From Parvularia atlantis (taxonomy: Eukaryota), in NCBI GenBank assembly GCA_943704415.1, contig CALSCO010000481.1, positions 1-45,323 of the forward strand: a stretch of 45,323 nucleotides of DNA, written 5' to 3'. The position numbers were made by a program, and so were the translations under genes. This document shows positions 21,436 to 32,901 of the stretch, piece after piece. The first letter of the stretch is position 1. Each line of letters begins with the position of its first letter. Under the pieces are notes generated by a model. It worked only from the letters and a program-made list of their open reading frames with translations, did not search any database and was not told where the DNA came from.

Positions 21436-24400
21436 ATGTCCTCGTCGGATGTCCTGCAGATCGTGCGCGCGCCGTTGCCCCTCCCGCCACGCGCGCACCC
21501 CTCACACGCCGCCCCGCAGATGCCGCTTGGCGCGGGCCAGGAGGTGGGCCGGTCGTGCGTGATCATCCGCTTCAAGGGCAAGACGATCATGGTCGGCGCG
21601 CGCGCGCGCGCGCTCTTTCTTTGCCTGGCGCTCATCCCACGCACTCGCAGCTCGACTGCGGCATCCACCCGGCGTACCGCGGGCTGACGTCGCTGCCGTT
21701 CTTTGACGGTGCGTTCGCGCCTGCGGTGCACGGCCGCGCGCTCATCTCGTCCGCGCGCGCATCTCGGCCGCGCGCGCGTGTAGAGATCCAGCCGGAGGAC
21801 GTCGACCTGCTGCTCGTGAGCCAGTGCGTTTGCCGCGCGCGCTCTGCCCATCCGCGCGGCCCTAACCGACCGTGCGCAGCTTCCATCTGGACCACATCGG
21901 CTCGCTACCGTACTTTACCGAGAAGGTGTGCGTGCGGCCCGTGCTGTCGCGTGGCTCAGCAGTGCGCACAGACCAAGTTCCGCGGCAAGGTGTACATGAC
22001 GCACGCGACCAAGGCGATCGGGATGCTGCTGATCAAGGACTACGTGCGCGTGAGGTAAGTGTGCGCGCGTGTGCTGCATGCATCTCGGTGCTCAGGCGCG
22101 GCCGCGGCAGCAACTTGATCGACGAGAAGATGCTGGACGACCGCGACCTGCAGCGCTGCTTCGAAAAGGTGCTCGTGATCGACTTTCGGCAGGAGATCGA
22201 GCTGCAGGGCGTCAAGTTCTCGTGCCACCACGCGGGGCACGTGCTGGGCGGGGCCATGTTCAACATCGAGATCGCGGGCGTGAAGGTGCGCGCGCGCGCG
22301 CGCAAGCGGCATCTGCAGCGAGAACGCACTCATCGGCCTCGCAGATCCTGTACACGGGCGATTACTCGCGTGAGGAGGACCGGCACCTGCCGTCGGCGCA
22401 GCTGCCCACGTCACGGCCCGACATCCTCATCTGCGAGTCGACGTACGGCAAGCAGTCGCACGAGCCGCTGCAGGACCGCGAGGCGCGCTTCACCCGTGCG
22501 TGCAGCGCAGCGGGCCGATCTGCGTTGTGACGCGCGCGCGTGGTCACAGGCATCGTGCGCGACATTGTGCTGCGCGGCGGGCGGTGTCTACTGCCCGTGT
22601 TTGCGCTCGGGCGCGCGCAGGAGCTGCTGCTGATCCTCGGTGCGTGCGACCCTCGCTCGCACGCTGCTGCCGACCCGCACTGTGGCGCAGACCAGTTCTG
22701 GGACATGAATCCGGAGCTGCAGAGCATCCCGATCTACTACGCCTCGGCCCTGGCCAACAAATCCATGGGCGTGTACCAGACGTACATCAACATGATGAAC
22801 AGCAAGATCACACGGCACTTCCCCGTCGTGCGCATCAGTGCGATTGTGCGGCGTGCGCTCACTGGTCTGAGCAGACGAACCCGTTCAAGTTCAAGCACAT
22901 CCAGAACCTAAAGTCGATGGACCACTTTGACGACGTCGGCCCGTGTGTGATGATGGCTAGCCCGGGCATGCTCCAGGTGCGTGCGTGCGCGTGCGGTTGC
23001 GCCGTCCTGCTGCTCATGGGCCCGTGCCAGAGCGGCATGTCGCGCGAGCTGTTCGAGGCGTGGTGCACCAACGACAAGAACGGCGTCATCATCCCCGGCT
23101 ACTCGGTCGACGGCACACTGGCCAAGGTGCGGCGCGTGCCCGCAGCGTTCAGCGCCTAAGCAGCGCCCAGACGATCCTGAGCAACCCGAAGGAGATCGTG
23201 GCCATGGACGGGAGACGGCTGCCGCTGCGCATGTCGGTCGACTACATCTCGTTCTCGGCGCACGTCGACTACACGCAAAACAGCCAGTACATCAGGGTGC
23301 GTTCCGCACCGAGCGCGTTCGCGTGCTCATTCAGCAATAGGAGGTCGACTCGCCGACGCTGGTGCTCGTGCACGGCGAGAAGCACGAAATGATGCGGTTC
23401 AAGGTGCGCTGCGCATGCTCGATGACACCGCTGACAGCCGCGGAAGAACGCGCTGCTGCAAGAGTACGCCGACGCCGGCAAGACGGTCGACGTGCGCACA
23501 CCGCGCAACACGGACAAGGAGGAGTTTTACTTCAAGGGCGAGCGCGTGGCCAAGGTGGGCGCTTGCGACACTCGGGGGGCATGCTGACGCGCGCGCGCGC
23601 GCAGCTGATCGGCTCGCTCGCGTCGTCTAAACCGTCTACGGGTGCGCTCATCCAGGGCATCATGGTCACGAAGGACTTTCAGAGCACGGTCATGGACCCG
23701 AACGACCTGAGCGAGTTCACGTCGCTCACGACGAGGTGCGCACGCTCCCTTACACTTCCGTCGCCTTTCACGCCTTGCCGCCAGCGTGATCACCGAGCGG
23801 CTCGCAGTGCCGTACCAGGCCGGCTCGGCGTCGCTGCTGCAGTACCACCTCGAGCTGATGTTCCAGTCGGTCGAGCCGGTTGTGCGCAAGGGTTACATCG
23901 CGTGGCGCGTGTTTGACGTGCGTGCTGCCCGTGGTTTGCGTGCTTGATTGGCACGTGATGCGGGCATGCGCAGGCCGTGGACGTGCTCATGCCCGAGAAG
24001 GACGCGGGTGTCATGCTCGAGTGGACGGCCAACGCGATGAACGACTCGATCGCCGACGCGGTCGTCGCAACCGTGCTGCAGATTGAGTCGGTGCCCGCGT
24101 CCATCAAGTGTGCGTGCCGCGCGGCCGTGCGCCGTGCACAACTGACGCCACACAACAGCGCTGCAGGTGCTGCACGAGCTCGAGCACGGCCACGCCACGA
24201 CCGTCGACCTGCCGCTGCCCGGCGAGAGTGCCGCGGCGGCGGACGTCAAGGTCAAGCGCGAGCATCCGTCGTCGGACGAGGACGCGGTCGCCGGCGCCGT
24301 CGACGAGCTGCGAGCACAGCACCGCACACTCGAGCTGCGACGGCTGGAGCGCGCTCTGCGTGAGCACTTTGACGACGTCGCGCTGGACGAGTCGGCGGGC

Positions 24401-24538
24401 TTGCTGGCGGTCACGGTCGACGGGCAGACGGCACAGGTGCACGGCAAAACGCTCGAGGTCCGCTGCGACGACGTGGCCGTGCACAAGTCGGTCGCCTACG
24501 TGCTCGACAAGATCGCCGCAGCGCTGCGCCCGCTGTGA
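21436..24538 (+). CDS. CPSF3: Cleavage and polyadenylation endonuclease CPSF73/Ysh1, spliced
   Basis: [26 protein letters not shown] (intron-split), [87 protein letters not shown]. Confidence 0.97.
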
Positions 24539-24573
24539 TAGCCTCTGCTGTACACATGTAGACAATGCATGGT

Positions 24574-26522
24574 TTATGTCGCTGCCACCGCGTGCTGCCG
24601 CCGCTTCTTCTTCTTGCTGCGCCCGTGCAGCCCGTTGAGCCCGACGATCGACGCCGGTGCGCTGAGCGGGCCCGAGCCGCTCGTGGGCAGCGCGTCCACG
24701 CGCACGTTGAGTGGCGCCGCGCGCGCCAGGTCCGACATCAGCGACCGCAGCGTGCCGACTCGCCCCGACGCTGCCCGCGGCTTGCGCTCGCCGTCCGCAA
24801 AGAACGACGCCAGCACGCGCCGCAACACCGGCATCGCCAGCCACAGCGCCACCGCGCCCAGCACGAGTCCGCCCGCGCCCGCCACAACCAGCTCGAGCCG
24901 GTGCACCTGCGCCCGCAGCTCGTCGAGGGCCGCGCGCATGCTGCGCTCGGAAGCGCGCTGCTCGGCCGCGTGCGCCACCAGCTGCCGGTGCACGTGCGCG
25001 GCGATCAAGTCGCTCAGGTTGGCCGTGCGCTGCTCAAGCCGCGCCGAAAACTCGCGCTCGAGGTCGTTGAGCGCGTTCGCGACGAGCTGCGTCTGCAGCT
25101 GCAGGTACTGCGCCGAGTCGGTCAGGTTGGCCTCGACCGCCGTGACGCGCCGCAGCAGCATTGCCAGGATTGACTCGGTCGGCCCGCCGCCCACGGGCGC
25201 CACGAGCGGCACGGGCGCGCTGCGCTGCGTCGCCACCTCGCCGCCGCCCTCTGCCTCGGTGCTTGCGTCTGTGCTGCGCACTGGCTCTTCGTTCGTCGCC
25301 GACTGCGTAAACGCGTCCAGCAGCTGGGCCACAGGGTCCGGCTCGTGCGGCTGCGCGGTATTCCCGTGCGGCCGCAGCCGGCTGAGCTGCTCGACGTGCT
25401 GGTGGAAGAAAGACACCGTCGGCGCCGAAGTCGCGGTGAACTCCGCCTCAGCTGCTGGCGCAGGCTTGCCGCCGTTGCCGTTGCCGCCGTCGTCCTGCAC
25501 CTCGCTCGCGCCGGCGTGCAGCAGCAGGTCCTCCATCTCGTCGCGGTAGTCCTCCATCATCGTGATGCCGTGCACGCGCACAATGCTGAGCGGGCAGTAG
25601 TACTCGCGGCCGTAGTGCGTAAGAAAGTCGATGCGCACGTAGCGCGCCCAGATGACCGGATTCTCGATCGCAAAGACCTTTGCACAGGCTCGTCAGGCGC
25701 ACGCGATGAGCCACGTCAGGAGCGCACCTGCACCGCGCGTGTGTTGTTGGCCGCAAACACGCCAAGCACGGTCCACTCGCGCGGCGGGTACACGGCCGAG
25801 GCCATCACGCGCACGTCGCGGAACGTGGACGAGAACAGCTCGTAGTTGGCCAGGACGACCGTGTCTATCAGGATCTCGTCGCACAGCTCAAACTCGAGCC
25901 ACTTGGCGGGCGCGGCGCACAGGTTGAGCAGGTACCTAACCCTGGGGCGTCAGCTGTCTGCGCCTCACGCGAGACAAGGACGCGCACCGGTCCGAGACCT
26001 CGCTCTGCACGGCCGTGGTGCCGCTCGCCTCTGGGTTGGCCGTGAGCACCTTGCCGCCGCACTCGGGCGCGACGTGGTTGAGCCGTCCAGCGCTGTGCCC
26101 GCGGCGCCGGCGCTGCCGCTTCGACAGGCGCGTGTTGTCGTGCTTGCTGTGGGTCTGGCTCGGGCGCGTGTCAGCGATCGCACGGGCCAAGCGACAACGG
26201 CCGTGCCTGCGACTGCACCGCGGCCTTCCACTCGTCGTACGTCGGGAAGCGCCGCTCGACGCGCACGGCGCCGAGAGCGGCCTCGCCCGGCCGCGCCTGC
26301 GTGCGATTGGCCGGCGCGTGCAGCGGCACGGGTGCCTACGTGCGTCGCGCGAGTCAGCCGTTCCTCTCACATCGACGTCGACGCGGCACGCACGGGGCAC
26401 GTCGTCATCAGCCGGCCCTGGATCATGCACTGGCGCGGCTCGTGGTCATCGCCGGCGGTGTCGGCGGCGCCAGCGAGCGCGAGGACGACGAGGACGATGA
26501 GGACGACGAGGACGCGCCTCAT
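24574..26522 (-). CDS. Mid-SUN domain membrane protein (SLP1/SUCO-like), spliced
   Basis: Signal peptide MRRVLVVLIVLVVLALAG, FPTYDEWK, SUN domain CGGKVLTANPEA..RYLLNLC..ELCDEILIDTVVLANYELFSS..THYGREYYCPLSIVRVHGITMME, then a coiled coil and TM helix. Confidence 0.9.
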
Positions 26523-26588
26523 CGTCGCCGCCGTCGAAAAGCAGCATGACAGCGACGCGCGCCGCCACGTCTTTCCGCGCGGCCAGCC

Positions 26589-28954
26589 ATGGCGGAGAGC
26601 GAACCCGTCTCGGCCAAGATCGAGCGGTCGCAGGCCAACGACGACCCGACCGACAAGACGCGGACGGTGCCGCGCCTTCCGCCGCCGCCGCCGCGCACGC
26701 GCGCTGCACCGTGTCGCTGACGCGGGAACACAGACGTACGTGATGAAGGCGTGGCGCGGCGACGACGTCGGCAACGCGTGGCGCGTCGACCGCAAGTTCG
26801 CCGACTTTGCCAACCTGCACGCGCTGGCCCAGGGCTGGCTGCCGTGGCTCAACATCCCCTTCCCGAGCAGCGCGAGCGTATCGGCGGGCGGCCGCGTCGA
26901 CGTCGTCAAGCTGGCCGAGCGCGAACGCGCGCTGCAGGTCTTCCTGGACGTGCTGATGGAGTCGCCGCCCGCCATGTGGCAGCCCGAGACGCTCAGCTTC
27001 CTGGGCGTGCAGGGCAGCAACATCGACTTCTGGGGTGCGCGCACACGTGACGATGCGCACGTCGCGGCTCACCCGGTATGCTCACAGCAAACATCAAGGT
27101 CGACTCGGCGATGTTCTTCCGCGGCGACACCACCATCGCCGCGCACGAGTTCCTGGCCCGGCCGGGCTCGCGCAACAGCCGCGCCTACTTTCGCGTCGAC
27201 GCCGGGCAGCAGTACCCGAGCATCCTCAGCCTGGTGCGCTGTCCCCCCCCCCCCCCCCATTGATCTGCAGCACTGCCGCCCACGTCGCCGCCGTGGACGC
27301 AGACGCGCAAGGACAGCAGCTGCATCCTGCCCGACGAGACCATCAAGATCGTCCTGGCGCTGCTGCCAGAGCTGAAGGCACAACAGTGCTGCCGACGGGC
27401 GCACACGTGGCACACTGACATGTGCTCCCGGCGCCGCGCAGCACCCGTTCATCGCGCTCGTCCAGCGCACCGACTACATGCGCGACAAGGGCCTCGCGTG
27501 CATCGTCGGGCACTACGAGAAGCGCGGGAGCATCAAGGACCTGCTGTGGCAGGCGCGTGCGACCCCGTGTTTCGTGTGAGCTGACACTCGGCACACAGGC
27601 CACGCCCACCGACTCATACTTTAAGAAGTACCTCAACAAGAAGGGGCCCAAGGCGCTCGACACGATGGTCGTGCGCGTGTACGCGCGGCAGATCCTCGAG
27701 GTGCGCGCACCCGCTCGCTGCTCCGCCCCTGACGTTGCCTGCAGGCTCTCAGCTTCCTGCACAAGAAGGGCTTCCCGTACGGGCACCTGCACTCGCGTAA
27801 CGTGCTCGTCGACAACCGCAAGTGCCGGTGCGCTGCTGCGCCGCACCTCCCGTGCGTACACGCCTCACTCCGCCGCAACGACGCTAGCCTCACCAACCTC
27901 GAAAACGTCTTCCTCGGCTTGCCGCCGTATCATCGCTACCGGCTGCTCGAATGGAAGCGGTGCACGACCGTGTTTGAGGTGCGCGTCCGCTCGCGCGCAC
28001 GGAAGCACGCGCGTCCTCAACGCCGACCTAGGCCGACGTGGTCATGTTTGGCGCGCTGCTGTACGAGATGACCACGGGCGAGGAGCTGCCGGAGACGGGC
28101 ATGCCGCGCACGACGCCCGAGACCATGTCTGAGCGCATCAAGGAGGTGATCGCGGGCATCTTCAACAAGGATCAGCCCCTGCCAACCGTCGCGGACCTGT
28201 TGCAAGTGCCGTACTTTGCCTCGGTCGACATGGAGCAGATCACGGGCGAGTTTAAGCGCACGACCAAGATCAAGGAGGTGCTCGACGCCGTTGCCGAGGA
28301 GTACAAGCGCTCGCTCAAGGCCGCCGCGATGGTCGCCCGCGGCGTCGTGCCCGCGCCAGAGCTGTGCGTTGCCGACGGTGCGACTTGCACGCTGCTGATC
28401 ATGCGTCGCGCGCCAGACGCAAGCGGCCAAGCGTCACCAACGTCTCGGCCGTGCCGCGCTCGCGCCAGGCCATCAACACGCGCCTGTCGGAGGCCAAGCT
28501 GGACGACGGCGAGTCGTCGGCCGGGCCGAGCCCGACGCCGATGCAGCCGACCGTCGTCTCCACGCCGGCCGCGCCCAGACCAGCGGCCGCGCCCGCCGCA
28601 CCCGCCGCCGCCAGCGCGCCTCGTCCAGCACCGGTCGCGTCGTCGGCGGCGTCGATCGCCCCGTCGCGCGCGCCAAGCACGACATCGATCAAGACCGCGG
28701 CCTCGGCGGCACCCGCCAAGGCGCCGAGCGCGCCTCCCGCCGCGCCGCCACCACCACCAGCACCGCCTGCGCCGCCCGCACCGCCAAAGTCGGGTGCGCC
28801 GCCGCCACCGCCACCGCCAGCACCGCCCGCAGCGTCTGCCGCCGCGCCACCGCCCGCAGCCGGGGGCCGCGGTGATCTGCTCGCGTCGATCCAGGGCTTC
28901 AAGGGCGGGCTGAAGAAAGTCAAGACGGTCGACAAGAGCAAGCCGCGGGTGTGA
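26589..28954 (+). CDS. PXK: PX domain-containing kinase-like protein (PX - pseudokinase - Pro-rich - WH2), spliced
   Basis: PX domain (WRVDRKFADFANLH..ERERALQVFL), kinase-like YARQILE..FLHKKGFPYGHLHSRNVLV..DVVMFGALLYEM, polyproline tract and WH2 (GRGDLLASIQGFKGGLKKVKTVDKSKP). Confidence 0.85.
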
Positions 28955-29025
28955 AGCCGCAGCTTGTGTGTCTCCTTCATTGCGTGTGGTCTACGCCGTC
29001 TCCCTTGCCTACCGAGCGGCGTCGC

Positions 29026-32000
29026 TCACGAGGCCGCCGCGCCGTTGGGTGCACCCGTCTCGGCCCGGCTCGGCTCGGCCCGGCCCATGTCGACGCGGCT
29101 CGGGGCGCCAAACACGTTGGCCAGCGGGAAGACCGCCCCCATGCGCTCGCGGAAGGCCGTCGTCTCGGGCGCCGCGTCGCCGGCGAGGGCCGCGAGGACG
29201 CACAGCGCGTGCTCGGCGTGCTGTGCGTGCGGCTGTCAGCGTTGCGTGTGTGAGCAGCAAGCGCGTGCCTTGAGCGTGAACGCAGGCAACTGCTCTGGCT
29301 TGATCGACGCGACGATCTTGCACGCGTCGGCCTTGGCGCTCCCACCGCCCACCAGCGCCGTCGTCTCTGCCGCCGCGAGCACGTGCGGCACGGAGAGCTG
29401 GTTGCGCTGGAGGAACTCGGTCACGTACAGCTGCAGCGGCGTGCCGTTGAGCAGGACTGCGCTCTCCTCGTGCAGGACCTTCTTGACGACGTCCGGCAGG
29501 TCCGTGCGGGCCTCGACTGATGCGCACATGAGACACGTAAGGGCAGCAATGCAGGCGGTACGCACGCGCGAGCTGGAACCGCACGATGCACCGGTGCAGG
29601 TCCGGGTGGTTGGCGTCGATCGCCACGCCCTTCTTAATCGCGCGCAGGACGAGCAGCAGCTTGCCTGTGCGCGCCATCAGCCACGCGGCCCTCGCACGGC
29701 ACCACGCGCGCACCGCGCCGCAGGTAGATCTCGGCGGCGAGCGTGTGCGACTCGATGTGGTGCGGCAGCTGCGCCAGCAACGGCTGCACAAACTTGATCG
29801 CCTCGGCCAGTGGGTCGGCCGTCTGTGTCCTATGAGCTGCGGTGCGTCACGCTCGGAACGCGCACCTCGAGCAGCTTCTGCCCGTCCGGGTCCTCGTCCT
29901 TCTTCTTCGCTGCTGCTGCTGCCGCCGCCGCCGCCGCCGCCGCGTTCTTGCTCGCGTCAGCGCCCGTTGCGGCGTCCGCGAGCTTCTTGCCGCCGGCATC
30001 CTGCTTGCCCGCGTTGGCAATCGCCTGCTGCTTCTTGAGCTTATTGAGCGCCTTCTTGCGCTCGCTCTCGCTCAGCGACTCTGCACGCACGCGCGCGTCC
30101 CTCAGTCGCGGGTGGGAAGGAAGCGGCGCACAACCGCACCGAGGTCGATCTCTTGCCCCCCGACCACCGTCGTCTTGGGCTTGTCGTGCAGCGCCAGGTA
30201 GATCTCGATCGCGGCCCGGGCGGCCTCGAGGTAGAAGCGATGCGAGTAGACCATGTCCTCGACCCTGATCAGGCTGCGGCGGCCGGCGTCAGCAGCGCAG
30301 CGCCGGCGCAGGCGGCTGGGCCGCACCGGATGTAGGCGCGCAGCGTCATCTTGCGCAGGCAGTAGCCGTGGAAGTCGAGCTGGTCGTCCGAGATGTCCTG
30401 GAAGTGCTGCGTGCGCGGACGGCGTCAGGCTGTGCGATGAGCGGCTGGAGCACAGACGCGCACCTTCTGCACCTCGTGAAACTTTTTGAGCGCGCGGCCG
30501 AGGAGCTTCTGGCGCGTGTAGCTCCTCCCGCACTCGAGCGCGAACCACATGCACTGCATCTCAACCAGGTTGTTGGTCTGCAGCACAGCGTCGCCCTGGG
30601 GTTGCCGACGCGGGCGTCAGCAGACCGCGGCGCAGACAACAGACGCACCTTGGCAAACAGGCCGATGACCTCCTCCGCCACCTGCACCTGGTCGTTCTTG
30701 ACGTGGTACTTGGTCGACTTGGAGTTGACAAAGCGGTCCTGCAGGTCGAGCAGGCGCGCTTCGTTGCTGACGTACGCGGCGCCGACGATGTCGCCGGCCA
30801 TCTGCGCGCGGGCGTGTGCGTCAGCCTTGTGCACCGGCGCAGCGACCGCGCAGCACCTTTAGAATCTTGGCCTTGCCCTGCACGACCTCCACGACCGTCG
30901 GCGTGTGCGCGATCGCCCGATCGATCAACTGCAGCGCCTCGGCAAATCTCCTGTGGAACGCGTGATGCTGAGCGGCAAAGTACAGCGTCCAGAGCAGCGT
31001 CGTCGGCGCCTGCGTCTCGGCGTCTAATGCACGCCGTCAGCACCGGGCGGTGGCACTGCACGCGGCACGCAGCGACCTTGCGCCCCCAAACGGCTCGGCT
31101 CGGCCGCCAGGTGCTGCAAGTACCCGTCCACGAGGTCACCCAGCATCGCCGAGACGCCTGGCCGCGCGTACAACGGCTTGACCGTGACGAAGAGCGACGG
31201 CGCGCCCTTGGTCAGGCCCGTGCGCAGGTACTTGTCGACGTGGCTCTTGAGCTCGTCGCCTGCGGCCGCGGCGCGTCGGTCAGCCCCTTCAACGGCACAC
31301 GCAGCGCAGCCAGCGAGCGCACCCGTCAGCAGGTCCAGCAGCATGCGCCGCGGCAGGCTCGCCTTTGGGTGCGCGTCAATCAGCTCACGCAGCAGCGCCA
31401 CGCGCCCGGCCGTGTCCGTCGCCTGCAGGCCCATGCAGCGCTCGAGCTGCGCGTAGTAGCGCCCGTTCTCCGCGTTGCTGTCGAGCAGCTCGCGCTGGGC
31501 CGCGGTGGCCTCGGTCAGCTGGCCGAGCTTGATCAGGAACGACACTGGCGACGCCGGGCTGATGTGAGACAGGCGGCGCATGCAAGGAGCGCGTAGCCGG
31601 CGCACCGCGCGCCTCCTTTAACGCGCGCACGTCAAAGACGAACGCCTCGTTGGCCGTGAGGTAGCTGAGCCCGTCCTGGAAGCGGCCGGCCTCCTCGTAG
31701 AGCATGCACTTGTACATGACGAGCTCGCTGTGCTCAAAGTCGTACAGGTCCGGGTCGCGCGGCTGCGGGCACGGGCGGCGGATCAGGCACTCGCACGCGT
31801 CCAGCACAGCGCGCGCACCGGCTGCGTGCTCTCAAACATTTCGAGCACCTTGATGGCCATCTCGCAGTCGCCCGCAAAGTGGTACGCCAGCGCCAGGCCC
31901 ACCCACGAGCCTTTCTGCGAGGCCTTGGTCGTGAGCAGCTGCTGGCGCGTCTCGATGAAGCCGTCGAGGTTGCGCGTCTGGATCTCGAGCAGCGCGAGGT

Positions 32001-32533
32001 CCTTCAGGATCTGGAAGTTGTCCTGTCGTGCGCGCGCGGCGATGTCAGCATGTGTCTGCGCGACTGTTACATGTGCACGCCTTGTCGATGCGCAGCGCGT
32101 TGCGGTAGCACTTGATCGCCTCCTCGTAGTTGCGGTCGGCGCGGTGCAGCAGGCCAAAGACGTGCCAGCACACGTGCGATTTGAGGTCGTTGCGCAGGCC
32201 CAGCCGCACAAACTCGTACGCCTCGCTCTTGCGGTTCATGTAGCTGAGGATGAGCCCCTTCATCGACAGCGTCTCTGTGGCAGGCGCCGTGAGGCAACGT
32301 GAGGTGGCGTGGAGGCGCGGGCGGACGAGGGTCGCACCGCCATGGTCCGGGTACTTCTTGAGGATGCCCTCAGCCGTCTTGAGGCCCTTCTTGTACTGCT
32401 TGTTCTCGTAGAACTTCTGCGATCGCGCGCACGGTGCGCCGCGTCACGTCTAGTGCACACGGAGGAAGGGCGAGGGTGTGCGCACCAGCACCGCCTTGAA
32501 TTGGTTCTGCTCCTTAGCGGGCAGCGGTGGCAT
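29026..32533 (-). CDS. NAA15: NatA N-terminal acetyltransferase auxiliary subunit, spliced
   Basis: [116 protein letters not shown]. Stop at 29026-29028. Confidence 0.96.
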
Positions 32534-32901
32534 CTTCGTCCGGCGCGCAGAGAGAGGTCGCGCAAGGGGGCAATCTGCGGCTGCACCACTGATGTAGTCC
32601 ACCGGCTTGGTGGCGTGTGGCGCCGTATCAGTCGTCGAACGGGCCAGCGGGTGGGAGCGAGGGCAGGTGCGTGCGTGCGTGAGCGGGGGCAGGATCGCAG
32701 TCACGCGGTACGGCAGAGGCACGGGCGGGTGTGGGCGCGGGCGCGGGCGCACGGGGCGACGAGGACAGCGGATGGATGGATGCGGATGCGCGCGGGAAAT
32801 GCATGTGCGCGACAGCCATGACTGCGGGCAGACTGACTGCGGCACAGCAAAAGACAGCGTGACCGTGTGTCACACTTCACTCGGCCGCGTGGCGCGCGTC
32901 G

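Noticed and set aside
26160..26220. Additional GC donor (CAG|GCACGG) in the SUN gene
   Set aside because: An in-phase GT donor 12 nt upstream works equally well, so it was not counted among the GC-AG introns.
17238..27258. Microsatellites and homopolymers: (TG)n ~17238-17256, (CA)n ~21121-21134, C16 27243-27258, many (CG)n runs
   Set aside because: These are ordinary simple repeats in introns or UTRs with no higher-order organisation.
32588..32632. Hairpin (ACTGAT/ATCAGT, CCACC/GGTGG) upstream of NAA15 as a snoRNA or other ncRNA
   Set aside because: The stems are short and no convincing C/D or H/ACA box pair is present.
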